This document shows positions 21,040-31,225 of a stretch of DNA of 64,000 nt, piece by piece. Source of the stretch: Acidobacteriota bacterium. Its GTDB lineage: Bacteria; Acidobacteriota; UBA890; WLXD01. The notes below the pieces were generated by a model. It searched no databases. It was not told the DNA's origin and saw nothing but the letters and a program-made list of their open reading frames with translations. The stretch covers positions 864,001 to 928,000 of the forward strand of contig CAXWPL010000004.1 of the NCBI GenBank assembly GCA_963666215.2, read 5' to 3'. The translations under genes were made by a program, and so were the position numbers. Each line of letters starts with the position of its first letter. Position 1 is the first letter of the stretch.

Positions 21040-22698
21040 CTATTGGGCAGCGCCCTCTCGATCGCGCCACCAACTTCGCGCCCGCTCGCTGTCCCAGCGC
21101 GGTTCGGTATCGATCGCCGCCAGGCGCTGTGCCAGCACCTCGGCGGTCGCGGGGCGGTCGGCAGGCGCCTTCTGTAGGCAAGAGAGCAGCAAGGCGTCGA
21201 GCGACTGCGGCACTGCGATCTCGGTGCGCGAAGAAGCTGGCGATGGCTCGTCGCGCGCGTGGGCGACTGCCATCGACATAGCACTGTCGGCGTCGAACAC
21301 AGGGTGGCCGGTGAGCAGCCAGTAGCCGACGCAGCCGAGGGCATAGAGGTCGGCTCGGCCGTCGAGATGATCGTCCGCATTACCGACGATCATCTCCGGC
21401 GCCATGAACGCCGGTGTTCCCGCCGCTGTGCCTTGCACGGTCACACGGGTTTCCTCCGGGTCGCGCACCGATTGTCTGACCAAGCCGAAGTCGAGCACCT
21501 TCACGAAGTCGCCGGTGCGACCCATTGGCGAGACGACGATGTTGGCCGGCTTGATGTCGCGGTGCACCAGTCCGAGCGCGTGCGCTTCGTGCAGCGAGTC
21601 GCAGGCCTGAATGAGCAACTCGATGCTGCGCTCCGCGGGCTGCGGACCGTGACGCTCGACCAGGGCTTCGAGGTCGAGGCCGTCGAGCAGCTCCATGACG
21701 TAGTAGAAGGCTCCGCTCTGGCTGCGCCCGAAGTCATACAGGTCCACCGTGTGCGGCGAGCGTAGGCTCGCCGTGACCTGCGCTTCGCGCTCGAAGCGAC
21801 GCTCGATCGCGGAGAACATCGACGGGTTGCCGCCATCGACGAGCTCGCGTCGGATGAGCTTGATTGCCGCTGGCCGCGCCAGAAAGCGGTGCTCGGCTCG
21901 CCAAACCTCGCCCATGCCACCGCCGCCGATGCGCTCTCGCAACGTGTACTGGCCGAGCTGCCTGGCGTCGTGCGCTTCCTGTCGGAGTCCGTTGATCACT
22001 CGGGCCCCGGCGATGGCGACCGCCACACCCATCGTCGTTTGGATCAACAGCGACGTGGCCAACGTGCCCTGGACACTCGAGAGGAAAGCCTCGCTCTCAC
22101 GGGGGGCCGCGGCAATGATCACCGCCAGCGCCGCGAACGGCACCGCGCCCAATAGCGCGATCGCAACCGTCGCGCGCGGCAACGCGTTGGGGACAAACAC
22201 CCCGTAGCCGACCGTGAGGGCGAAGCTGAAGAACACGAGTGCGTCGGCGGTGGCGACAAACGCGATCTGATCGGCCTCTGCCGCCGCCTTCAGCATGTGA
22301 AAGGTGGAGTCGTAGCCGACCCACAAGGCTGTGGCACCGAACACAGCCGCCTCGATGAGGCGAAGCGGGTCGAGGCGAAGGGCTTGCTTACGCCACAGGG
22401 GCACGAGCATCGTGGCCAGGAACGCCAGGTATGCCACCCGTATGGGCACCGCGTGTGGCTTCTCCAACGACAGGTCGCGCGCCAGGAAGGCAGTCATGGC
22501 CACGAAGATCACGGTTGCCGCGACGCGCATGCGGACCTTGAGCAACGGCTCGAGCTCGATCGCGCCGTCCACGGTCGCGGTGCCGATGCGGGCGGTCCTG
22601 TTGACGTGCTCACGCTCGCTCGCAGAGCGACTACCGGACGTTGCTCCGGTCACGATTCGACTCTCCCGTTCTGGTCTCGGGGCACGAGGCTCGTTCAC
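21040..22698 (-). CDS. Membrane-bound Hanks-type Ser/Thr protein kinase
   Basis: N-terminal TM bundle; GGGGMGEV, AIK, HRDIKPAN, DFG and GTPAFMAPE. Confidence 0.93.
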   Translation of the reverse strand: MNEPRAPRPERESRIVTGATSGSRSASEREHVNRTARIGTATVDGAIELEPLLKVRMRVAATVIFVAMTAFLARDLSLEKPHAVPIRVAYLAFLATMLVPLWRKQALRLDPLRLIEAAVFGATALWVGYDSTFHMLKAAAEADQIAFVATADALVFFSFALTVGYGVFVPNALPRATVAIALLGAVPFAALAVIIAAAPRESEAFLSSVQGTLATSLLIQTTMGVAVAIAGARVINGLRQEAHDARQLGQYTLRERIGGGGMGEVWRAEHRFLARPAAIKLIRRELVDGGNPSMFSAIERRFEREAQVTASLRSPHTVDLYDFGRSQSGAFYYVMELLDGLDLEALVERHGPQPAERSIELLIQACDSLHEAHALGLVHRDIKPANIVVSPMGRTGDFVKVLDFGLVRQSVRDPEETRVTVQGTAAGTPAFMAPEMIVGNADDHLDGRADLYALGCVGYWLLTGHPVFDADSAMSMAVAHARDEPSPASSRTEIAVPQSLDALLLSCLQKAPADRPATAEVLAQRLAAIDTEPRWDSERARSWWRDREGAAQ

Positions 22699-22808
22699 CT
22701 CAGGGGCCGGGCACGGGCCGGTTGTCGGCGCGACACGTAGCTGTCATCGTCTCAGGCGTGCGCTCGATCGCGCCGCGCATCTCATAGAGCCCACGGAGAC
22801 CAGGAAGC

Positions 22809-24920
22809 ATGCGGGTCACCATTCGATTCCGAGGTTTGCTCACCGCCCTCTGCTTGTTCGTCGCGTTCGGCACCGCGCCGGTTGCCGGTCAGCAGGCAGC
22901 CGAGGGACGCACGCCGAATACGGTGCAGGTGGAGCCCGCCGAGATCAACATGCGCGTCGGTGAGAGCGTACAGCTCCAAGTGACTGTGCTCGACGCCGAT
23001 GATGCCACGATCGACAACGCGCCGGTGCTGTACCTGCCGCTGTGGGGGCAGTTCTGGAACATCGAATCGAGCACCTGGGGCTTCAACCTCTTCCGTGTTT
23101 CGAGCGATGGCTTGGTTACGGCATCGAAGCCGGGCGAGTACGCGGTGCGTGTGCGCATACCGAAGGGCGAGGGCACGTATCTCGATACGGAGGTTCCACT
23201 ACGTATTCGCAAGCCGCCGGTCACCAGCATCGAGCTGGTCGATCCGCCAGCGCGCTTCTTGAGCGCTACGACCGTTCGTCTCGAGCGGCGCATGGTCGAC
23301 AGCTCCGGGGCCGTGCGCCGCGATGTTGCCGGCGGCTTTCGCAGCAGTGACGGTGATGTTGCCATAGTCGACGAGCTCGGCCATCTGAAGCTCCTGAAGC
23401 CGGGGCGGACGACGATCACGGCGATGGCCGACGAGGCATCGACCACACTGGACGTGCGCGTCGAGCACAACCCTGCAGCCTCGATCAGTCTTACGGCCGA
23501 TGCCAACCGAGTCCGTACAGGCGACGTGGTCCACCTCGATGCGGTTGTTCTCGACGGCCGCGGCAATCCCGTGAACGGCGCGCCGATCACCTTCAGCTTT
23601 CTGGCGCGTACCGACGAAATGCACGTCGGTGGCCCCACGACCGGGTTCATCGCCCAGGACGGCCGTTTCGTTGCCGACCTACCCGGCGAGTACTCGATCT
23701 TCGCTCACTCGGGTGCGCAGTCGGCGACCGCGGTGATCGTGGTCGAGCCGCGCGATGCGCAACGTCACATCGAGCTCGTGGGGCATGGTCGCGTCAAAGA
23801 TCGCTCCACGTCCGACCTCTGGGTGTGGGAAGCGCCGAATGGGCGCGACTACGCCATCACCGGTACGCATAGCGCCGAGGGGCACGCCTACATCTGGGAC
23901 GTCACCGACCCGGCCAATATGGTGATCGTCGACACCGTTCACGTCGACGCGCGAACGGTCAATGACGTCAAGGTGTCGGAAGACGGGCGCATTGCGGTGA
24001 TCTCGCGCGAGGGTGCGAGCAATCGCCGCAACGGCATCGTGATCCTCGACGTTTCCGATCCGGCGGAAGGCGCGCGTGTGTTGTCGCGCTACGACGATGA
24101 GCTCACCGGTGGCGTCCACAACCTGTTCGTTTCGAACGACCACGTGTATGCGCTTTCGGCGGGCCAGCGCTACGACATCATCAGCATCGAGGATCCGAGC
24201 AACCCGCATCGCGTGGGTCGCTTCGAGCTCGACAGTCCCGCGCGCTCGATTCACGACGTTTGGGTGGCCGACGGCATCGCCTACTCGGCCAACTGGAACC
24301 AGGGGGTCGTGATGGTCGACGTCGGTGGCGGCAACATGGGCGGTTCGCCGCGCAATCCGGTGAAGATGGGGCAGTTCCCGTTCCCGTCTGGCTGGAACCA
24401 TTCCGTACATCCGTACCGCAGCGCCTCGACGGGCAAGTTCTACATCCTCGCCGGCGACGAAGCGGCGCGCACCGGTCGCTTCTCACCGCGCCCGGAGCTT
24501 GGCTCCGGCACTCCGGGCTACGAAGGCGAGCCGTCGCGCTGGCGCGGCTGGATTCACGTTCTCGAGTGGGACCCGCTGAAGTCCGACGCCGACCCGCGTG
24601 TGGTGGCTCGTTACGAGGTCCCCGAGGCCGGCAGCCACAACATCTGGGTTGAGAACGACGTCATGTACGTCGCCTTCTACAACGGTGGGCTGCGGGTGGT
24701 CGATCTTTCTGGCGAGCTGATGGGCGACCCCTATCGCCAGGGCCGCGAGATCGCGTATTTTCTACACTTCGATCCGGACGGCTTCCGCGCCAACGCTCCT
24801 CAGGTTTGGGGCGCGCAACCGTTCAAAGGCAACATCTTCTTTTCGGACAACAGCTCGGGTCTCTGGTGCGTACGATTGGTCGACGACACCGATGCCCTTG
24901 CCGGTCCGAACGGCGAATAG
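22809..24920 (+). CDS. Secreted protein with Ig-like repeats and an LVIVD-type propeller
   Basis: Signal peptide, Big_2-like repeats, then IWDVTDP, ILDVSDP and RVVDLS repeats with conserved His (VHN, IHD, SHN). Confidence 0.75.
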   Translation: MRVTIRFRGLLTALCLFVAFGTAPVAGQQAAEGRTPNTVQVEPAEINMRVGESVQLQVTVLDADDATIDNAPVLYLPLWGQFWNIESSTWGFNLFRVSSDGLVTASKPGEYAVRVRIPKGEGTYLDTEVPLRIRKPPVTSIELVDPPARFLSATTVRLERRMVDSSGAVRRDVAGGFRSSDGDVAIVDELGHLKLLKPGRTTITAMADEASTTLDVRVEHNPAASISLTADANRVRTGDVVHLDAVVLDGRGNPVNGAPITFSFLARTDEMHVGGPTTGFIAQDGRFVADLPGEYSIFAHSGAQSATAVIVVEPRDAQRHIELVGHGRVKDRSTSDLWVWEAPNGRDYAITGTHSAEGHAYIWDVTDPANMVIVDTVHVDARTVNDVKVSEDGRIAVISREGASNRRNGIVILDVSDPAEGARVLSRYDDELTGGVHNLFVSNDHVYALSAGQRYDIISIEDPSNPHRVGRFELDSPARSIHDVWVADGIAYSANWNQGVVMVDVGGGNMGGSPRNPVKMGQFPFPSGWNHSVHPYRSASTGKFYILAGDEAARTGRFSPRPELGSGTPGYEGEPSRWRGWIHVLEWDPLKSDADPRVVARYEVPEAGSHNIWVENDVMYVAFYNGGLRVVDLSGELMGDPYRQGREIAYFLHFDPDGFRANAPQVWGAQPFKGNIFFSDNSSGLWCVRLVDDTDALAGPNGE

Positions 24921-24990
24921 CATGAGCTGGGTTCGCCGGCGTTTCCGGTAGCTCGAGGCGACAACCCCCAAATCAACACGAGAGGGTCCC

Positions 24991-25629
24991 ATGGCGATCT
25001 TGATTGGCAACGAGGCACCGAACTTCCAAGCGGAGACCACCGAAGGCGCGGTCGATTTTCACGAGTGGATCGGCGACTCCTGGGCAGTCCTGTTCTCCCA
25101 TCCGAAGGACTTCACCCCGGTTTGCACCACCGAGCTTGGCGCCGTTGCGAAGCTCAAGAGCGAGTTCGACGCCCGCAATACCAAGGTGATGGGCTTGAGC
25201 TGCAGCACCCTCGACGATCACCAAAAGTGGTCGGCCGACATCGAAGAGACGCAGGGCGCTGCGGTTAACTTCCCGCTCATCGGCGATCCCGAGGGCAAAG
25301 TGGCGCAGCTCTACGACATGCTCGATCCGTCTAAAGATGACCCGATGACCGTGCGCTCCGTCTTCATCGTCGGCCCCGACAAGAAGGTCAAGCTGATGAT
25401 CACCTATCCGGCGAGCACCGGCCGCAACTTCAACGAGGTGTTGCGGGTGATCGACTCGCTGCAGCTCACCGCGAACCACAAGGTGGCCACGCCCGCCAAC
25501 TGGAACGACGGCGACGACGTGATCATCGTGCCGGCCGTTTCCGACGAAGACGCGCGCGCGCGCTTCCCCGACGGCTGGGACGCGCAGAAGCCGTATCTCC
25601 GCGTGGTCGCGCAGCCGGGCCGCAACTAG
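24991..25629 (+). CDS. 1-Cys peroxiredoxin (Prx6 class)
   Basis: FSHPKDFTPVCTTE, YPASTGRNF and ATPANW. Confidence 0.95.
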   Translation: MAILIGNEAPNFQAETTEGAVDFHEWIGDSWAVLFSHPKDFTPVCTTELGAVAKLKSEFDARNTKVMGLSCSTLDDHQKWSADIEETQGAAVNFPLIGDPEGKVAQLYDMLDPSKDDPMTVRSVFIVGPDKKVKLMITYPASTGRNFNEVLRVIDSLQLTANHKVATPANWNDGDDVIIVPAVSDEDARARFPDGWDAQKPYLRVVAQPGRN

Positions 25630-25672
25630 TCGCTTTCGGCCGCAGGACGGGAATCATCTGAAGAACTGACGA

Positions 25673-25716
25673 GCGCCACTCCGCGGCTTTCGTTCGCGGA
25701 GTGGCGCCGTTCTGTG
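25673..25716 (+). terminator. Probable intrinsic terminator after the peroxiredoxin gene
   Basis: 13-bp perfect stem GCGCCACTCCGCG/CGCGGAGTGGCGC, followed by a weak T-containing tail. Confidence 0.6.
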
Positions 25717-25756
25717 TCTGGCCCCGGCGACTTGGCGCCAACGGCAACAAATCCCG

Positions 25757-25796
25757 ATACCTTGCCTTTCGATATCAAATACCTTACCTTTCGATA
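25757..25796. promoter_or_regulatory. Tandem 18-bp direct repeat, probable PadR operator
   Basis: ATACCTTGCCTTTCGATA (25757) and ATACCTTACCTTTCGATA (25779), 22-bp period, just upstream of padR. Confidence 0.65.
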
Positions 25797-25829
25797 CATC
25801 ATGAGATGGTCGTACTCGGAGGTTCCATC

Positions 25830-26180
25830 GTGACTTCGTCAGGATCCAAACCCGTCACTAGCTCTGCTTTCTACGTGCTGCTGGCACTCAGCGATCGAGA
25901 GCGTCATGGTGTTGGCATTGGTGACGAGGTTCGTCGTCGCACCGATGGTCTCGTGAAGCTCGGCGCGGGAACGTTGTATGCGACGCTCGCGAAGATGCTC
26001 GATCGTCGCTTGATTCGGCAGCTGGACGGCGGCCCGAAGGGCGACGAGGATCCTCGTCGGCGGTACTACCAGATCACTCGAGATGGACGCGAAACGCTCG
26101 AGATCGAAGCGCGCCGGCTTTCCGTGGTGCTCGAAGCCGCCCGCCACAAGGGTGTGCTCGGGCGGGCGGGTGGCTCTTGA
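25830..26180 (+). CDS. PadR family transcriptional regulator
   Basis: GGAGG then GTG 25830; FYVLLAL...RHG...GAGTLYATL...RRRYYQIT. Confidence 0.88.
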   Translation: MTSSGSKPVTSSAFYVLLALSDRERHGVGIGDEVRRRTDGLVKLGAGTLYATLAKMLDRRLIRQLDGGPKGDEDPRRRYYQITRDGRETLEIEARRLSVVLEAARHKGVLGRAGGS

Positions 26181-28799
26181 GCGAGATCCTCTTTCGCATC
26201 ATCGTCCGCTTCTATCCGCGCCGGGTGCGATACTGCTTCGGCGGCGAGATGCTCGACTACATGCAGGCCGACCTGCAGCGGCGCCGTGATACCGGCGGCA
26301 CACCGGGGTACTGGCGTTGGCTGCTCAGCGACGCGGCACGGGGCCTGTTCGCTACCTGGTCGAACCGGCCACCCTCGAGGTCACGTCGCCCGGAGCGAGG
26401 CCTGTTACGAGAGCTCGTGCAGATTCTGCGCGACCTGGTTCGGCGCCCGCTGTTTACGTCGACCGTTGTATTGACGCTGGCCATCGGCGTAGGTGCAAGC
26501 GCGTCCGTCTTCAGTCTGGTTCACGGAGTGGTGCTGTCGCCATTGCCGTATGCGGCGCCAGAACAGCTGGTTTGGATCCACCAGCAGAACTCGCCGACCA
26601 ATCGATTCGTGATCTCTATGGCCGACCTGCTCGGTCTCGAGGAGTCCCAACGAGCCTTTGAGTCGATCACCGCGTACACATCGTCGGAGGCTGTGCTCTC
26701 CGGCGAAGATCGCCCGGTCAAGGTGCGGATCTCCGCGGTAACAGCCTCCTTCTTCGACACATTCGGTTTGCGCCCGGCGAGCGGGCGTGGCTTCGCTGCT
26801 GGCGAGGACCGCCCTGGCGCCGAGCCCGTGGTTGTTCTGAGCCACGACCTCGGAGAGCGCCACTTCGGAGCGGGCGTCGACGCGGTCGGCGAGGTGCTCG
26901 TGCTGGATGGACAGAGCCACACGGTGGTGGGGGTCATGGCACCCGGCGTCCAGGAGGTGGCCGGCCGGCGCGCCGACCTTTGGCGTGCCCTTCACGTCTC
27001 TGAGCCCGATCGTCGGGGCCCGTTCTTTCTGTTCGCCGTCGGCAGGCTTGCCGAGGGTCAGACGTTAGAAGGCGCCAATTCCGATCTTGCCGACGTCAGC
27101 ACACGGATCTTCCCGCGCTGGGCCGACAGCTTTCGCGACGAGAACGCGCGCCTGACCGCGTTGCCTTTGGGTGACGTCCTCGTCGGTGACACCAGTGAGC
27201 GATTGATGCTTGTGTTTGGCGCAGTCCTCGTTCTGCTGCTCATCGCGATTTCCAACGTCGTGAACCTGACGTTGGCTCGAACGACCGAGCGTTCGGGTGA
27301 TCTCGCCATCCGAACGGCTCTCGGCGCTTCCAGGCCGCGGATCGCGCAGTTGCTGTTCATCGAGAGCTTCGTCGTCGCTCTCATCGGCGGGGTTCTGGGA
27401 ATCGCTCTCGCGATGCTCTCGGTTGCGGCATTCAAGGCGGCCGATCCCGGATTGCCGCGACTGGCCGACGTCTCCGTTGGCGCGCCGGTGGTTGGGTATG
27501 CTCTCGGCGTGGTTCTGGTCTCGAGCCTGGCGATGACAATGTCTTCCATGCTTATCATCCCGACGCAGGCCGTCGGCAGTACGCTGAAGGAGTCGTCGCG
27601 GGGCGCTGCCGGGAGCCGGCGAGCGAACGCCCTCCGCACGATGTTGGTCGCCTCCGAGTTCGCCCTGTCGCTGCCGCTCCTGGTGGCAGCCGGGCTGCTC
27701 GCGACCAGCCTACTGCGACCGCAGAATGTCGACCCCGGCTTCGATCCCGACGGGGTCATTGCCGTACCGGTCAGCTTGCCAGGCACCGACTATCCCGACA
27801 CCAGCGCCAGGGCAGAGTTCTGGCAAGCGAGCCTCGCAGCGATTCGCTCCCTACCCGGTGTCGCCGCCGCCGGCGTGGCGGTGGGCCTGCCGCCCGACTC
27901 TCCGACCTTCAACAACAATTTCGATCTCGTCGACCGCCCGGTCGAGGCGGGTACGTCGGAACCAGTGACTCCCTGGGCGGCGGTCGACGAGGGCTTTCGG
28001 GATGCGCTCGGGATTCGACTCCTCGAAGGACGCTGGTTCGACGAGCTGCAGGACTCGACGGGCGCCCTGCCCTTGGTGGTCACCCGTAGCTGGGCCGATC
28101 GCTTCTACTCTGGCGAGGAGGTTCTGGGAAGGCAGGTGTACGAGGGCGGCAATCGCGAGCAAGCCGCCGAAGTTGTCGGAGTCGTAGCCGACGTGAAATA
28201 CGACGGACTCGCGGGAAACGGCGAGACGGTGTACTTCCCGACCTACCAGTTCTGGCGGCAGTCGATGAATTTGGTCGTCAAGTCAGCGGCGTCGACCGAG
28301 AGCACCATCGCCGCGGTGCGCCAGGCAATCTAGTGCACTCGACCCCGGGTTGCCGCTCGACGACATCACGACCATGAACAAGCGGGTGCGCAGCTCGGTT
28401 GCCGGACCACGATTGTGGACCCGGATTCTGCGGGTCTTCGGCGGCGGCGCGCTTGTCCTGTCGGCCGTCGGCGTGTTCGGCAACTTGGCGTACTACGTAC
28501 GCCGGCAGCGGCGTGAGATTGGCGTGCGCATGGCGCTTGGCGCCGACCGCGGGTCGATCGTCGGCCTCGTCGTACGGCGTGGCCTGGTTATCGCCGCGGC
28601 GGGGATCGTCGTCGGGCTCGGGTTGTCGCTCGTGGTCTCGCGGTCGCTCGACGCTTTGTTGTTCGAGGTGGGTCGTCACGACCCGCTGACATTCCTGCTG
28701 GCTTGCGGCACGCTCGCGGGCGTGGCGCTCATTGCTTGCTACATGCCGGCCCGCCGGGCTGCGAATATCGACCCGAAGGACGCGATGGCCTCACGCTGA
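26177..28799 (+). pseudogene. ADOP-type ABC permease split by a 1-bp insertion near 28331
   Basis: ORFs 26177-28333 and 28350-28799 join as ...VRQAI-SALDPGLPLDDITTM if T28331 is removed. Confidence 0.85.
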
Positions 28800-28863
28800 C
28801 AGATTCGAAGATCGACGGGGAATCCAGAATCGACGCGCCAGCGCGGGCCTCGGACACTGTCTG

Positions 28864-28895
28864 CTAGTCCTCTAGTCCTCTAGTCCTCTAGTCCT
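28864..28895. repeat. Tandem repeat (CTAGTCCT)x4
   Basis: Four exact 8-bp units; the last one contains the peptidase stop codon. Confidence 0.95.
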
Positions 28896-31161
28896 CGCGC
28901 TCCGAGGTCGGTCGTGTACGGCGCGGGGTCGTCGACTCCAGATGTTCGCGCCACCACTGGAGCTCCTGCCAGTATCGGTGCACCGTGTTCCATGGCGTCC
29001 AGCCGCCGTGCGACGTATCCGGGTAGCGCACGAAACGGGCCGCGACGATTTGTTTCCGCAGCGCGGTGTACATCTGCTCGCCCTGTTCGATGGGCACGCG
29101 GAAGTCCTCCTCACCGTGGATGAACAGAGTTGGTGTCGAAACCCCGTCGGCGTGCTTGATCGGCGACTGCTCCCACAGAAGTTCGGCGCTTGGCTCTTTC
29201 CAAGGAGCCCCGAAGAACTCGGTCTCCTTCGCCTGCGGGATGTCGGCCGTGCCGTAGTCGCTGAGCCAGTTCGAGATCCCGGCGCCCGAGATCGCGGCGG
29301 CGAAGCGATCGGTGTGGGTAATCGCCCAGTTGGTCAAGAAACCGCCGTACGAGTAGCCCGTAACGCCGATTCGCTGTGGGTCGACGTTGTAGTTGGCGAC
29401 CACATGGTCGACGCCAGCCATGACGTCGTCGAAGTCGAGGTTGCCCCAGCCGCCCCAGGTGGCCCAAAGAAAGTCCTCGCCGTAACCGGTGGAGCCGCGC
29501 GGGTTGGTCGCGAGCACAAGGTAGCCTTGCGCTGCCCACAGTTGCTGCTGGAACGAGAAGCTCTCACCATAGGCCGAGTGAGGGCCACCATGGATCGCCA
29601 CGACGAGCGGGTGTAGGCGCGGCGCCTCGCTGGTCGTCCGGCCTGCGGCGCCGGCTCCACTCCCGTAGTCGGGAGGCAGCAGCACCCAGCCTTCGATCAT
29701 CGTGCCGTCGGCGCTCGCGAAATCAATGCGGTGCGTAGGTGCGACGCGAATATTGTCGATCGCGAAGCTGTTGATCGACGTCAGCGCGATCTCCGCGCTA
29801 CCGTCGATGGCGGCGGCGTACAGCTCTCCGAGTTGTGCGGAGGTGCTGCCAACGAAGGAGAGACGGCCTCTCGCGCTGCTGTCGGTTGCAAGCGTGAAGT
29901 CGGTCAGCCGGCGAGCCCCGGAGGTAACGGCCTCGACCGCCGAGCCAGGCCGCGTGGCGAACAGGTGCTGTTCGCCACCGCTTCCGGCGGCGAAGTAAAT
30001 ACGTCCGTCGCCCATCCAGTGCGGCGCTCCGGGGCGTAGGTCCCAGTCGGGAGTCAGGTTGACGAGTCCGGGCGGGGCGTTTGTTGCGGTTGGGGCGGGG
30101 GCCGGTGGCGTGCCCGGGGCCAACATCGAGTAGACATCGACGGGAGAGCCGCGCCCACGCCGCGCCTCGAGCAGGATCCCGAGACCTTCAGTGCGACGGA
30201 AAGCGATGCGCTCACCGTCGGGTGACCAGTTTGGCGTGCTGTTTACATGAAGGTCGTCTGTAAGTCGCAACAGCTGACTCTCTAGATTCACCAGCCACAA
30301 GTCGGTTCTGGTATACGTGTGCTCGTCGCGCTGTTCGGCGTCGGCGGCGAACGCCATCGCGTTGCTGTCGGGTCGCCAGGCGACATCCGCGACGTCGAAC
30401 CCGAGGCGTGTCAGGCGCCTCGCGGTGCCCCCAGCACGGGGTAGCACGTACAAATCCCGTGGTGGCGTGGCGGCCGGGTCGCGGCCGTCGGCGAGGTAGC
30501 CACGACGATCGAAGCGGTAGCGCATCCAATCGTAGATACGGCCGCGGAAACGCGACTCGAGCTCGCGCTCGAACTCGGCGGATCGTCCGAGGGCCCCTCC
30601 GCTGGACGCCGATCTCGCAGGCGTGCTCCGTACGAACGCGATCCAGCGCCCGTCCGGACTGAAGATCGGTGGGCCGTCAACACCGAGCACTTGGAACGCC
30701 TCGCCGGAGGCGCCCCCCATGTCGAGGAACCATATGTCGCTGCGGTTGCCCCGATCCGGCTCGCTAGCTTCGCCACCCGCAGTATTCCTGGGCGGGGTTC
30801 TCGCCGAGGAAAACGAGAGTAGCTTGCCGTCGGGGCTCCAACGCGGGTCGGCAGCGCTGAACGCCGGGCTGGTCAGTCGGCGCGGCTGTGCGGAGCCGTC
30901 GCTCGGCACGATCCAGATCTCGTCATGCCGACGATCCTCGTCGCGCAGAGTGCGCGTGCGAACGAAAGCCACCTGCGACCCGTCCGGCGATATCGCCGGA
31001 CGACCTACGCTCTCGAGCCCGAAGTAGTCGTCGGGACGCAGTAACCGGCCGGGCGAGGCCTGTGAGTGGGCCCGTGACGGACCTGTCGCGGCCGCGGTCG
31101 AGACGGCAGCGAAGAGGGCGAGAGCTGGCAGGTGCTTCGCGGATCGGGTGAATTGGCGCAT
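28888..31161 (-). CDS. S9 family secreted peptidase
   Basis: PD40 repeats (WSPDG), IHGGPH, GYSYGG, IHGEEDFRVP and SHG. Confidence 0.92.
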   Translation of the reverse strand: MRQFTRSAKHLPALALFAAVSTAAATGPSRAHSQASPGRLLRPDDYFGLESVGRPAISPDGSQVAFVRTRTLRDEDRRHDEIWIVPSDGSAQPRRLTSPAFSAADPRWSPDGKLLSFSSARTPPRNTAGGEASEPDRGNRSDIWFLDMGGASGEAFQVLGVDGPPIFSPDGRWIAFVRSTPARSASSGGALGRSAEFERELESRFRGRIYDWMRYRFDRRGYLADGRDPAATPPRDLYVLPRAGGTARRLTRLGFDVADVAWRPDSNAMAFAADAEQRDEHTYTRTDLWLVNLESQLLRLTDDLHVNSTPNWSPDGERIAFRRTEGLGILLEARRGRGSPVDVYSMLAPGTPPAPAPTATNAPPGLVNLTPDWDLRPGAPHWMGDGRIYFAAGSGGEQHLFATRPGSAVEAVTSGARRLTDFTLATDSSARGRLSFVGSTSAQLGELYAAAIDGSAEIALTSINSFAIDNIRVAPTHRIDFASADGTMIEGWVLLPPDYGSGAGAAGRTTSEAPRLHPLVVAIHGGPHSAYGESFSFQQQLWAAQGYLVLATNPRGSTGYGEDFLWATWGGWGNLDFDDVMAGVDHVVANYNVDPQRIGVTGYSYGGFLTNWAITHTDRFAAAISGAGISNWLSDYGTADIPQAKETEFFGAPWKEPSAELLWEQSPIKHADGVSTPTLFIHGEEDFRVPIEQGEQMYTALRKQIVAARFVRYPDTSHGGWTPWNTVHRYWQELQWWREHLESTTPRRTRPTSERED

Positions 31162-31225
31162 GCCCCGATTATAGAGATGCGCGCGCTCGCCAAGCGGTGC
31201 GGGATGACGATGATGGGCGGTTCCG

